The notes under the pieces: model-generated
Told to the model about the DNA's origin: nothing
The model's input: only the letters and a program-made list of their open reading frames with translations
Databases searched by the model: none
Shown: positions 13,701-27,700 of the stretch, in pieces
How the letters are laid out: the number at the start of each line of letters is the position of its first letter
How positions within the stretch are numbered: the stretch's first letter is position 1
From: Octopus vulgaris
Lineage: Eukaryota
Direction: 5' to 3'
Assembly (NCBI GenBank): GCA_951406725.2
Contig: OX597820.1
Location: forward strand, 114,080,001 to 114,144,000
DNA length: 64,000 nt
Program-made: the position numbers and the translations under genes

Positions 13701-15692
13701 ACCTCCGTAATGCTATGATGGACTGTGAAGTCTGGCGTAACATAGTAAATTCCATTGTCTCAACCACGGTCAAACAATGATGATGATGATGATGATGATG
13801 ATGGGCCCCTCAGTGTATAGGGTGAGCAAAAATGAATGGAGCAGAAGAGCCAGGAATGTGTATGGGTCAATGTTGCAAGCATATATACGAAAGTAAGGTG
13901 TGAGGAATGGGGGAAGCAGTGAGTATGATGAATGAAGAACAAGTATTGAGTGGATGATGAGAAGAGAAGGTGGGGAAGTGTAGGTGACAACTGGAAGGGT
14001 TGAAGGGGTGGATAAATGATGGATGAGTGGATTCTGTCTCTAATTAAAATAAAGCTTGCATGGGAAAATGAAACACAAAAAGGTATCACCAGGTTTTTCT
14101 TAATCTTTTAATCCAGGAAGAAGGGCAATGCTCAAGGCCTGTGAGAGACAGAGGAAGGTATCCTCCAACCAGAAGCCTTGGTGGACTCGGCTAAAAGCAT
14201 CCAAGGTGCTGGGCAGCAGATTAAATCTTCTATTCAAGTGAAAAAAAAAAAGATAGGATAAAGATCCTTCCCAAGTCATATAGACTCATTGGGTCAGTTT
14301 CTGTGGTGTATGTTCCCCACTTGGACAGGGCACCAGTCTTTCGCAGGATTACTCATTTTTGTCAGCTGAATGAACTGGAGCAATGTGAAATGAAATATCA
14401 TTTGTTAAATAGCCAGAGCAAATATTGCAAGTTATCTTTCAAACATTTTAACAATACTGCCAGTTCGCTGCCATAATAATAATATTCATTTTAGACGCAG
14501 ATGTTCTGGGTTCATTCCTACTGTATGGCACATTGGGCAAGTGTCTTCTACTATAGACCTGGATTGACCAAAGCCTTGTGAGTGAATTTGTTAGTTGGAT
14601 ACTGAAAAAGGCCCATCACCTGTGTATGTGTTTTGTCTTGACATTGTGTCGTACAAGTGGTGTTGTTCATTTTTAATATTCTGTGGAAACCTGTTTGCCA
14701 TGGGGAAATATTACCTTGCTTAGAAACAGGTGAAAGTTGGCAACAAGAAGGGCATCAAGCTGTAGAAAATCTGCCTCAAATAAACTCTGTCTGACCCATG
14801 CATACATGGAAGCGGTCTTTAATTATTATTATTATTATTATTATTCTGTTCTATATTTTAGAGATGAAGAATTCTGTACATTATTTGCATTGGATGGATA
14901 TTTGTCCTTATCTGGTTTGTTGTTACCATAGCGTTTCAGCAGATTTACTCTCCAGCCTTCATCAGGTGTCCTAGTAGAATTCTGAACCCAACCCTGGGTT
15001 CTTGTTCCTAAGGTATTTTTTTGCTGATGTTATTATTTTTTCATTCAAGGTACTGTCTGGAATTGAATTGGAATCTTAGGGGTTAGTAGCCTGCACTCTT
15101 AACCATTACACTTGAATAAATAATAATAATAATAATAATAATAACATCAGCAAAAAAACATACCTTAGGAATGAGAACCCAGGGTTGGGTTCAGAATTCT
15201 ACCAGGACACCTGATGAAGGCTGGAGAGTAAATCAGCCGAAACATTGTGGTGACAACAAAGAAGATGAGGAAACATATCCATCCAATATAAATAATGATT
15301 ATTATTATTATTATTATTTGTACATAGTCATAAATACAAAAACGGTTTATAGACAATATGTAGTAACTTCTGTGGTTTTGGTCTACTTTCAGGAAGGACC
15401 AGGCCTACCCTATCAAATGTCCACCTTTCTGTAACAAATGCTGCACCAACAAACACAGCAAACTACTTTTAGCTCTTCTTAACTGTGATGACAGTACTGA
15501 CGACTTTAAGGAGTCAGTTTCTTTCAAGAATTTCCTGAACACTATTAATTATTATGAGGTTGGTATCATTTCTGAGGTATTCAATTTTGTCATACTCTTT
15601 TTCCTTCTGAATACCTCTGACTCTCTTTATCTCTCTCTGTCTGGCTGTCCATTTATGTATGTATGTATCTATCTCTGTCTGTCTCTCTCTCT

Positions 15693-15741
<49 letters not shown>

Positions 15742-18700
15742 GGCGGTGAGCTGGCAGAAACGTTAGCACGCCAGGCGAAATGCGTAGCCGTATTTCGTCT
15801 GTCGTTACGTTCCGAGTTCAAATTCTGCCGAGGTCGACTTTGCCTTTCATCCTTTCGGGGTCGATAAATTAAGTACCACTTACGCACTGGGGTCGATGTA
15901 ATCGACTTAATCCCTTTGTCTGTCCTTATTTGTCCCCTCTGTGTTTAGCCCCTTGTGGGCAGTAAAGAAATATATATATACATAGTGAAACCACATGGCT
16001 TAGTAGTCAGGGTGTTGCACGCAGGATTGTGAGATCATGGTTTCAATCCCCAGATCAGGTGTTGCGTTGTGTTCTTGAGTAAACTATTTCATTTCACATT
16101 GCTTTGCGATTATTTCGTCATCTGACATGTGGCACATTGTGCACCTGTACAGGCAATGTCCATTTGATGGAGAGAGTGAGTTTACGTGAACACAAACATT
16201 TGATCACTATAAACGAATCACATGTGGTTATTGAGTAAGAAATTACAGAACCTGCAGACATTATTCTCATTTTCTCACTCTCATGGTTTTAAGGTCAGAT
16301 TAATAAGCTTCATAATGATCCCACTAAACTGGAATCATCATGATTTAATGTCTGTTATCCATGCTGGGCATGGGTTGGATGGTTGACCTGAGCTGGCAAG
16401 CTGGAAGACTGCACCAGACTCCATTCTGATTTGACATGGTTTCTACGGCTGGATGCCCTTCCTAATGCCAACCACTCCAAGAGTGTAATGGGTGCTTTTA
16501 TGTGCCACTGGCACAGGTGCCATTTGCATGACACCAGTATCTGCCACAACTGTGATTTTACTTGGCTTGATGGGTTTTCTTCTGAAGCACAGCGTAATGC
16601 CAAAGATCTCGGTCATTGGACATTGCCTCCGTGAGGCCCACACTCGAAAGGTGCTTTTCATAAGCCACTGGCATCAGCCACCTTGTCTCCGTGGGGCCCA
16701 ATGTTTGAAAGATGCTTTTTACATGACATCAGCATTGGCCACGGCTGTGATTTCACTTGACTTCACAAGTCTTCTCAAGCACAGCGTATCACTAAAGGTC
16801 TCGGTCACAATCATCATTCTTTATTTAACAGATAGCCAATTGTCAAAATTATCAGTAAATTAATTACCTATTTATTAAACAATTGATTTTTTTTTTTTTT
16901 TCAGAAAAAGAACTGGAGGAGAAATTCAGCCATATTTGATGTGAATCCCGAATATCGATACCCTTTGATGCACTGGGCAGCAATTCTTAGTAAGTTTCAG
17001 TTTTGATCTTACTTCCAGTGTAGAGAATGCAAAGAGCAGTAGCTCTGCTAAAAGCTGTCATCCTTATTACTCTGTTGTTTAACCATTAAGCCTCTCAGCT
17101 AGCTTGCTGATTGTTGTAAGAGCATCAGATATGACCAGAAAAATTCAAAAGCCTGTCTGATTTTTTGAATTTCTAATTTGAGAGCTGATAAGTTCTTTGG
17201 AAATTTAATTGCAGCAATATAACTAACCTTATAGAGGTTACTTCATTAGTTTATTCTTTATTCATTAATCAAAATCCTTTGTATAATGATATTTGATTTT
17301 TTTTTAATAGGTAAATTAAACATTTTGAAGTGGTTGGCATCTGCAGGTTATAACATAAATGTTCTACACACCAACACAGGAGACACTGCCTTGCATCGAG
17401 TCTTGCTGTGTATCAGGGCAATACGTTTAAATAATCCTGTAATGGTGAAGAAATTTCCTCAGATTCTTGAAATTCTGGAACCGAATTTAAAAATTAAAAA
17501 CAGGGCAGGTTTAACACCATTCCTCACAAGCTGTGAGACCGTTGGCATGGATGGTCGAGCACATTACCGAAATGTTGATCTTCTTAGAGACATCTTGAAC
17601 TTTGCTAAAGAGCGCCCAGGTGAGTTCTATAAATACAATCCTACACAGTTTTGTTTGTGTGTGTGTTTGTGTGAACATACATGTGCATTTTTGTGTGTGT
17701 GTGTGTGTGCACTTGCAAGCAAACTTTTGGACATATGTTATTGCTCAAAACTTAATACATGTTAATGTAGTTATGGCTGTGTGGGCCTCTTAGACAAGTG
17801 TCTTCTACTATAGCTTCAGGCTAGACAAAGCTGTATGAGTAGATATGGTAGACAGAAACTGAAAGAAGCCCATTGTGTGTATATATGTGTGTGTTTGTAT
17901 GCATATATATGTATATATCATCATCATTTAACATCCATGTTCCATGCTGGCATGGATTGGATGGCTTGACAGGATTTGATACATGACTGTTTTGAGCACC
18001 AATTTCTGCTTTGGCATCGTATTTACACCTTGATGTCCTTCCTAATGCTAACTACTTTACAGCATGGACTATATACATGCATATGTATAAAAAGTACTCA
18101 TGCTGGTGTCACGTAAAAAGTACACAGTACGCTCTGTAGAGTGGTTGGCATTAAGAAGGGTATCCAGCCATAGAAACCATGCCAGAGCAGAGAATGGAGC
18201 CTGGTTTTCTAGCTCTGGTCAAACTGTCCAACCCATGCCAGCATGGAAAAACGGATGTTAAATGATGGTGATGATGATGACAAGAAGGACGACAATGATG
18301 CAGCAATGTCCCGTGTGTTGTTCTTTATTTTAGACAGTAGGGTGTGTTATAAGGATGGTTTGCCTGCTAGTTGTAGCAACTCAACGTACTATATAGAGGC
18401 TCCTTCGTTGTGTCGAGAGAAAGGGAGACAGAAACAATGAAAGAAAAGAAAGAAAGAGTGAATCATTTTATCTAATAAAAATCAAGTTTATACTATTTGT
18501 AACATACATACTTTGAAAATGTTAGCTGAAGTAAACTGTCTAGGGGTGTGGTTGGCATTAGGAAGGGCATCCAACTGTAGAAACTCTGCCTGATCAAGAT
18601 TGGAGCCTGGTGCAGCCATCTGGTTCGCCAGCCCTCAGTCATTCGTCCAACCCATGCTAGCATGGAAAGTGGACGTTAAATGATGATGATGATGATGATG

Positions 18701-21700
18701 CTGATTGATTTACTAAAATCACCTTGAACTATCTAGGGGTGTGGTTGGCATTAGGAAGGGCATTCAGCTGTAAACTATCTATCCATAAACTATCTAGGAG
18801 TGTGGTTCGTTAGGAAGGGCATCTAGCTGTAGAAACTCTGCCAGATCAAGATTGGAGCCTGGTACAGCCATCTGGTTCACCAGCCCTCAGTCATTCATCC
18901 AACCCATGCTAGCATGGAAAGCGGATGTTAAACGATGATGATGATGATTGATTTACTAAAATCACCGTGAAACTAAATCTTACAAAGCAACTGTTATGTT
19001 ATATTGCTGTAAGGATACGGCAGACAGCGTGACAGTCATTTATAAGCTTGTGTGACATGGTTGCTTGTATAATGTCCATGTTTTCATTAATTATTTTAGG
19101 TGCCTGTGTAGTCACAAGCAGACATAGATACTCTCTTGTCTCACCCCCCCCCCACTGCTTTAGCAGAGGAAGTGTGCTGCACAAGCATTTGGCTGGTACT
19201 CAATATCAGCTAAGTGGATAGGAGCATCGAGAAATAATGTACCTGGTTCAAGAGCAGAGCAAGCTGCTCAGATATTGAACGTAGATAGAGAAGCTGGAGA
19301 GAAATGAAGAAAGCATTATCCATTTTTGTGTACTATTATGTGAAAGGTGGACCATTATGTTGATGTTGTGCCCTGGAGAGACATGTAGAGTAATATGTGA
19401 ATGGCATGTGTGGATTATGTCTGTTGGGTGAGAAAATGCTATTTATTCATAATAGAAGAGAAATTAACTTACCAGGTTAGTGTTACTAGAGTAAAAGTGA
19501 CTAAACTAGGACTACTGGAGCCAAACTGACCAGACTGAGGGTGATGATGATGATGATGATGATGGTAATGATAGTGGTGAGGATGAAGATGATGATGATG
19601 ATAGTGGTGAGGATGATGATGATGATGATAGTGATGATGATTTGTTTCTCTATTACATCTACAGGATTACTGAATATTTTGTTCAATCAGCAGACAAAAC
19701 ATGGGCAGAGTGCTCTCCATTTGATTGCTCTGAATGATAAGGCATTAGGGGCAATGAAAATGTTGGTGGCTGCTGGAGCTAACGTGCAGTGTTTAAACAA
19801 AGAGGTAAGCAACACCTTTCCCCCCTCCCCTCTATTGCTTCTTCTCCACTATCTTCCCCAGTACACACTTCTCACCACCACCATTTTTCTCTGTTTTATT
19901 TCTCTTTTGGTTTTGTTGAATGTCAGATAGGAGGAGGTTAAGGTCGAGCGAGGTCGTTGCCAGTACCGCCTGAGTGGCACGTAAAAGTCACCCACTACAC
20001 TCTCGGAGTGGTTGGCGTTAGGAAGGGCATCCAGCTGTAGAAACTCTGTCAGATCAGACTGGGCCTGGTGCAGCCTTCTGGCTTCCCAGACCCCAGTTGA
20101 ACCATCCAACCCATGCTAACATGGAAAGCGGATGTTAAACGACGACAACGATGATGAGGGACAGTGGATGCCTAGTGACCACTTTCTTCATCTCACTTTA
20201 CCCCTTTCATTGTTATTTTTGTCACTGTTTCCTCCCCCTTTCTCTGTCAGTCTTCTCGCTCTGCTCATCTCCATTTGTCTTTGCTAATAAAGAAATCTGT
20301 AGTTGCATAACAGTGTCAAGGCTACGTTTGGCTCAACGATAAGTGAGAACTGTTCAGGCATATCTGGGTATTCTGCTTTATTCTTAACTAAGACACGTAA
20401 CCTATTAGCTCAGTCCACTTAGCTGTAAGTAGGTATCATGTGAAGGTACGGTCTGCTACTAGTGGCAGCAGAAACAGCAGTGGCACTGTCGTTGACCAGT
20501 GGTTCATTAACTTAAAGTGCTTCAGTGAGATCCTGTTCTGCTAATTTGAGATTTACCACCAGCAGTGTTGTACTGTTCAGACTCACATCACAACTTGCTC
20601 CCTGGGTGTTTTTAGTAGAGTCCAGTCTGTTGCAAACACGCAGGCTAGGTTTCCAGTCCAAGACAACTTACTCCCTTCCTCCCGTCATTCATGTAGGCTC
20701 CAAAAAAGGGATCATTGGCAATGGTGCTTCTCTTCTGATCTCTGACCTACTGAATATAATATATCACCAATGATAGTGTACTACAACAGAATATAATTTT
20801 GCCTTTTATTCACTTGACTTTTTTTCAAAACGATACGGCATGGTTCAAGGATATTCTTCTGACAAGACAGGATGGGACAGGATGGAATGCATTGGTTGTT
20901 GATCCACCTTATCACAGCTGATCTGAGGTTTAACAGAAACAAAGAAGTATCTATGCAGTCAATTGGCATGATAGAAACAACAATCAAATCACACCATATC
21001 ATTCTGAAATGTCAATTAATTAAAAAATAGTTTTATACATTCTGTTATAATATATTACCACTGTTAAGGTAGCAAGCTGGCAGAAATGTTAGCACACCGG
21101 GCGAAATGCGTAGCCATATTTCGTATGCCGTTACATTCTGAGTTCAAATACCGCCGAGGTCGACTTTGCCTTTCATCCTTTTGGGGTCGATAAATTAAGT
21201 ACTAGTTACGCACTGGGGTCGATGTAATCAACTTAATCCGTTTGTCCTTTCTGTGTGTAGCCCCTTGTGGGTAATAAAGAAATAGGTATTTTGTCTGTCT
21301 TTACATTCTGAGGTCAACTTTGCCTTTCATCCTTTTGGGGTCGATAAATTAAGTACCAGTTGCGTACTGGGGTTAATCTAGTTGACTAGCCCCTCCCCAA
21401 AAATTTTGGGCCTTGTGCCTAGAGTAGATAAGAATATATTACCAATGTTAGTATACTACCATTGGTAGTAGTGTTGTATTAGTAGTAGTAGTATACCACC
21501 ACTGGTTGTATTTTACCATTGATTATATATCACTAATAATATTATATTTATTAGAGTGTGAGGTTTGTGTGGCTTAGTGGTTAGGGGTATTTAGTTCATG
21601 ATTGTAAGGTCATGAGTTCAGTTCCTGGGAGTGCACTGTGTCCTTGAGCAAGACGATTATTTCATGTTGCTCCAGTCCACTCAGCTGGCAAAAATGAGTT

Positions 21701-24700
21701 GTATTTGTGATTCAAAGGGCTAACCTTATCACATTCTGTATCATGCTGAATCTCTCTGAGATCTACGTTAAGGGTACATGTGTCTGTGGAATACTCAGCC
21801 ACTTGCACATTAATTTCATGAGCAGGCTGTTCCATTAATCGGATCAACTGGAGCCCTTGTTGAAACCAACAAAGTGCCAGTTATAATTATTTGAGGATTA
21901 TCTCACCAGTAGTAATATTCTACCACGTACCACCAGTGGTAATATACTATGTTACTTTTAGTATTATATTTATTAGTAGTATTATTCCACCAATGATAAT
22001 GTAAAAAACTGATGCTAGTGATTTAAGTTTTTGGGTCAGTTTTGATCTCCATTTGTTGTTTTGAACTAATCATGCATTATCTTGTAGCTATGAGATTTTG
22101 ATGAGGTAGCTGTTTATTTTTAAAACGATATTGTAGGGTTGGTGTGAGAGACCAGATCTGGCCAGTTTAAACATAAAACACGTAGAATACTTTTGGCCGG
22201 ATATGGCTGGTTTAAATGCTAAAGGGTTAATGATACTCCTGGGAATTGAACATAGTCTTCACTTGCTTCTTGTTCCCAGTTATGTAACATTAAATATCTA
22301 AGTCAGTTACCCAAATAGATACAATGTTGAACAACTGCTCATATACTGGGTTCAAATCTGCTGAAGGATTTCATTGTGATTCTGTTCAAAACACTTCATC
22401 TCCTGACTATTTCAGTATATCCTGCTACAGACATTGTAGCATCATCACAGTAAACCATTGTGTTGCACTCAAGAGGGGTTCAGCTAGATATATCATTTAT
22501 GTTGTACATATACGATTTTTTTTCTCATATATGTCATACATTTGTGATTCATTTTTTTGTGGAAACTTCCATTTCTTTCCATGTATCACTCATGTTTGTT
22601 TTTAATTTCTTTTGCTTAAATCTAGGGTCAAACCCCTTTCTCACTAGCGGTTAACCTTGGTCAATTACGAGTGGCTCAGTACTTAGAAAAACATTCTTTG
22701 AATATCACTCCTCCATGTATAGACACTCCATTATCGAGCGCACCCTCATCAAGAGCCTCCTCTTCTAACTCTCCATCTGAGAGCAACGGAGACCACTTAC
22801 TTCCACATGAAGCAACAGATGTTGGCCCCAGTGCAGTCAGTTCAACAAGTAATGCTGCCAGTGATGCCAGCACCCCACCTTTTTCAAAGAGAATCAAAGT
22901 GGAAGGCTCTCTGGTGAGTGTTTGTTTTCATTTTATTCTATTTCATTTCTTTTTTCTTTTTATTTATGTATTTAATCAGCACCAAGGGTGTCAGTTTAAG
23001 GTGCTACACAAATCTTATTACCACTGATATACTGAATTCCACTTCCTACAGGTGAGTGATTAGGGGTTGCTACAACCAATAAAGCCTCTAACTCAGCCAA
23101 GTAAGAAGAAATTGATGTGAAACAATAAACAAAACAAATCGATGGGATTGACAGAATCGTTTGATTATTGACGAAATAATTTGTGGGAGTCATTTGTGTA
23201 TCATACTGTTGTATATATACCATTGAAAAGCAGGCTGCTGGGGTTTTTGTCTGAGAGTAGATCTCTTCATTGATATATTGGAGCAAGAACGTTATTGCAG
23301 CAGTGACTCACAACAATGTCAGATGCATTTTGACATTTTGGGCCTTTTCAATAACATGTACTTATTTGTCACATGCTTAAATGAAGTTTGTGCTTTGGTT
23401 TGTAGGAAACAGTGAATAATATTACTGAGATGTACTTGCATAGCAAGTGACTTGATCTGAGATTGTGTGCTGGAATGAAAACAATTGCAGCGTGGAAGGT
23501 GTTTGTAAGCCATTTAAGAAACACACAAAAACCGTTAGATTCACTTCAACATTTAAATTTAATTTGTGTCAAAATATTTTCATTGCTTTGGGACTGCGAC
23601 CTGTTCACTGACAAAACTTTGTGGTGCAGCATGAAGTTTTGTCAGTGAACAGGTCGCAATTTCAGAACGCCGAGAATATTTCGACAAATTAAATTTAAAT
23701 GTTGAAGTGAATCTAACGGTTTTTGTGTGTTTCTTAAATGGCTTACAAACACCTTCCAGTGAATAATATGTTCACTGATATTGTGGAATGCTTGTCAAAC
23801 TGTAAAAAACGAAGTAAATGCAATTGAAGCTACATTAAATTAAAATAGACATCTGTGTATCGTACAGGCAGCTTTGGTTTTTTTGTCTGGTAGAAAACCT
23901 CTTCATAATGGTAATTTGAATCCCTCTTTTCCTATTGCACACTCCAATCATCTTCATGAATCATATGAGAGTATGCAACTTTTACTTCATGCCATTGACT
24001 ATGAAAGATACTCATGGAAAATATGTGGAGATTTAAAAGTCATTGAAATGTTAATGAGAATGCAGTCAGGTTCCACAAAATACTGTTGTTTTTTGTGTGT
24101 ATGGAATAATCAGGCAACTGACAGACATTATTTGGAATCAAACTGGCAGACAAGAACAGCATACCAGCCAGAGCTGTCTATCATCAAGAATACACCTCTT
24201 GTAGATCCATGTAATGTCCTATTGCTTCCTTTGTGCATAAAGATTGGACAAAACAGTTTGTAAAGTTACTAGGCTTGAGTAGAAAAGTTTCCCCAAATCA
24301 CACAGGCATAATTGAAAGTGGGTATCTTTGTTGGACCCCAAATTAGAGAAGTACTCAAAGATGTCAACTTCAAGACAACAATGGATGAACTGGAACTGCC
24401 TGCCTGGAATGCTTTTGGATCTGTGAGAAGGCTAACAAGAAGGCAATGGACTCCAAGGATGGCTTCAAGAATCTTCTGAAATGTTACTAAGAAATGGGTT
24501 GTCGCATGTCACTGAAAGTTTACTTCTTGGACCCCCATCTGGATTTCTTCGTAGATAACCTTGGAGCAGTGTCTGATGAACATGGTGAAAGATTTCACCG
24601 GGACATTAGTGCTGTGGAGAAATGGTGCCAAGGCTTCTGGAATGACAGAATGCTCGCCGACTACTGCTGGACACTTTACCGTGATCAACCAGATCAGGAA

Positions 24701-27700
24701 CACTGCAGGAAATCCAAATCACAATGTTTCTAACTCTATTGTTCTAACTTTGTCTCTTTTGTCTGACCCATTTTTTTTGTGCATTCACTCTTTGTAGAAC
24801 GATAGTGAGGATTTTTAACTCAATATATTCATTTACTTTTTTAAAATAATATGTCCTTATTTGTTACGTTATTGATTTCATATATACAAATATGTAAATA
24901 TTTGAATGTATCTACTCAAAAATTGATGTGCTACATACAAATGGAGTGAAATTTTGAAATCTGTATGAAAAATTAAAAAGGTTGGTTTGCATTAATAATG
25001 AGTATAATACATTTAATTTTGAGTATAATACATTTAATTTTGTTGACCAATGTTATTGGGCACTCAGTTCACTTAAAGTACTCTTTTGACATGATACGAG
25101 GGGCGTTCAATAAGTAATGCCCCTGGCCCACTTCCCATAGCAGTAGAGCAACAAAACTTGGCACAGTTATTAGTCTTTTTCTACATAACCACCCAGTTAT
25201 TAGTCTTTTTCTACGTAACCACCCAGAGTTACGCATTTCTCCCATCGTTTGATGCAGCTCTAGAGACCGTTTTTGTAGAAGACCCCAGCTTGGTCCTCCA
25301 ATCACGACGTGACTTCAGAAATCAAGGCTGCATCATCTGGGAAACGCTTTCCTTTCAAAAACAACTTCATGGCTGGGAAGAGGTGAAAATCAGAGGGTGC
25401 AAGGTCAGGAGAGTAGGGGGGATGGGGGGAGTTCATAACCGCATGCCTGTGCTTCTGATCTGGCGACACGCGAGTTGTGGACCAGAGCGTTGTCCTGCAG
25501 GAGGAGGATGCCTTTGCTGATCTTGCCCCGCCTCTTGATTTTGATAGCTTCTCTTAATTTCCTCAAAAGTGAATCATAATAGGCTCCTGTAATTGTGGTA
25601 CCCTTTGCCAGGAAATCAGTCATCACTACTCCGTCCTGGTCCCAGAAGACTGTGAGCATGACCATGCCAGCAGAAGGCTGCACCCTTGCCTTCTTTGGAG
25701 GAGGTTAGTCACGGTGCTTCCACTGCATTGGCTGTGCTTTGGTCTCTGGATCATAGTGATGGACCCAGGTTTCATCCTTGTGTAATCAGTCTTTTGAAAA
25801 ATTTTGACTCATCTTCTTGGCACATCTCCAAATTCATCCTCGAGCACTCGACGCGTTCTTGCTTCTGGAAAGGTGTGAGCAACCTGGGAATTCATCTGGC
25901 AGACACCTTTTGCATATGCAAATGGTCATGAATGATATTTTCCACAGACCCGGTACTAATCTTCACCTGATGGGCTATTTGGCGAATTGTTATGCGTCGA
26001 TCTTCCAAAATGGCAGCCTCAACTTGACGGACAGATGCCTCATCAATGGCAGAAGGGGGGGTGACCAGATCTGGGAGCTGTTTCCACAGAGTTCCGACCA
26101 TGTTTGAATTCACGATACCAGCGTTTTACAAGGTCATATGATGGGGCTTCATCACCATAAGTTACTTTCATTTCATCAAAAGTCTCCTGTGGTGTGCGTC
26201 CTTTCAAATACAAAAACCGGATCACTGCTCGACACTCAACAGGCTCCATTTCACACTTGACTCAGTTCAAACACCTGTAAATCAGAAACCACAATTAGTT
26301 CAGAGCTGTAATTTGCCATTTAATCTATAGAGATATAAATAATTGCACATGCAAAATTTCAGCTAGATCAAACAACTGCAAGTGAGTCAGGGGCATTACT
26401 TATTGAACGTCCCTCGTATATGCAAGTAGTACTTTGGTACTTCATGTCTCAATGGGTTTTTAAGAAGCTACTCAAATCATCATGGCTCGGCTTCGCGAAC
26501 GAAGATCAGGAAGGCTGTCCACGTTGCATGCATGCATGCTCATGACTGACAAGTCCGATATGGGAAAGGCAGGTCCGTGAGCAGTGTCCACAGACGAAGG
26601 TAACATCTGGTGTGGTGTCAGAGGCAGCTCGCGCCTTCCTCCTGCATCTCTTGTCTTTAAGTGCGTTGCTTCTTTGTTCCTCAAACTTGTTGACTGCATC
26701 AAAGATCGTGTGGCGCCAGACATCACTGTCCGCAGCCAGGTCTGACCAGCATTGGTGGTTAATATGACATGCTACTAGAGACTTCTTGAGGCAGTCTTTG
26801 TAGCGCTTCCTCGGAGCTCCTCTCACTCGGTGGCCGGTGGAGAGTTCGCCAAACAGGGCAATCTTTGGAAGGCTACTCATGTGCACACACAAATCACAAA
26901 TGTAAACCTAGCTGAAGAATTGTATTGAGGCAACATAGTTTATGCAATGTGCACAAATAAAAAGTACTTGCTCCATTGATAGTCAAATAGCCAACTAAAT
27001 AATTCTTTAATATATTGCATTTAGCATGCCATACTTTGATTTACAGCCTATATCAGACAGGTACCTTGTGGGGTAGCGTCTTTTAGTATACTTGATTCTC
27101 CTTTTCTATAGGAACATGTTTTTGACACTGTAACATTGTGACATAACAAATGCAGGCATGGCATCTCGGTAAGTGCATTTATCGTAGCCATGGCAAGTGA
27201 TTTTAGATAAATGGAAACTTTTGGATGGACTGTGCCTGCTGTTCAAATGTCCAGTTTTATCACACGTATGTCACACTGATTATGCCTGAGCAATTAAATC
27301 AAGTTCAGCCACTTTTTATGTTTATTTAATGAGTTGGTTGTCCCATTCATCAAACAGCTGGATGCTCATACATTACAATTGATGTGAGAGTCCATCACTG
27401 AAAGATTAAATGTTGTCTGCTGGCAGGCAATCTTGGTCAGCTGACCTCTCCCAATGTATTTATTTGACTTTACATTCATGTACCAACATTGTTTCACTGG
27501 TTAACTTGCCCAGATTAAATTTAACCAAAAACATTTTCTCTCCCTCTCTCTTCCCTCCATATCAGCCTAGCGACTACGAATCTGATGTCAGTGAAAACAC
27601 AGGACAGTAAGTAATTCAATCCTCTCCTTCATCATTAAATTATTATTGTTGTTGTTGTTGATGTTACAAATGGAATTTGGTAGAGAATCACTCTGTAGAA

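Noticed and set aside
19541-19664. Poly-Met N-terminus of ORF 19541-19930
   Set aside because: Intronic (GAT)n. The real exon starts at the AG at 19663-19664, phase-matched to exon 5.
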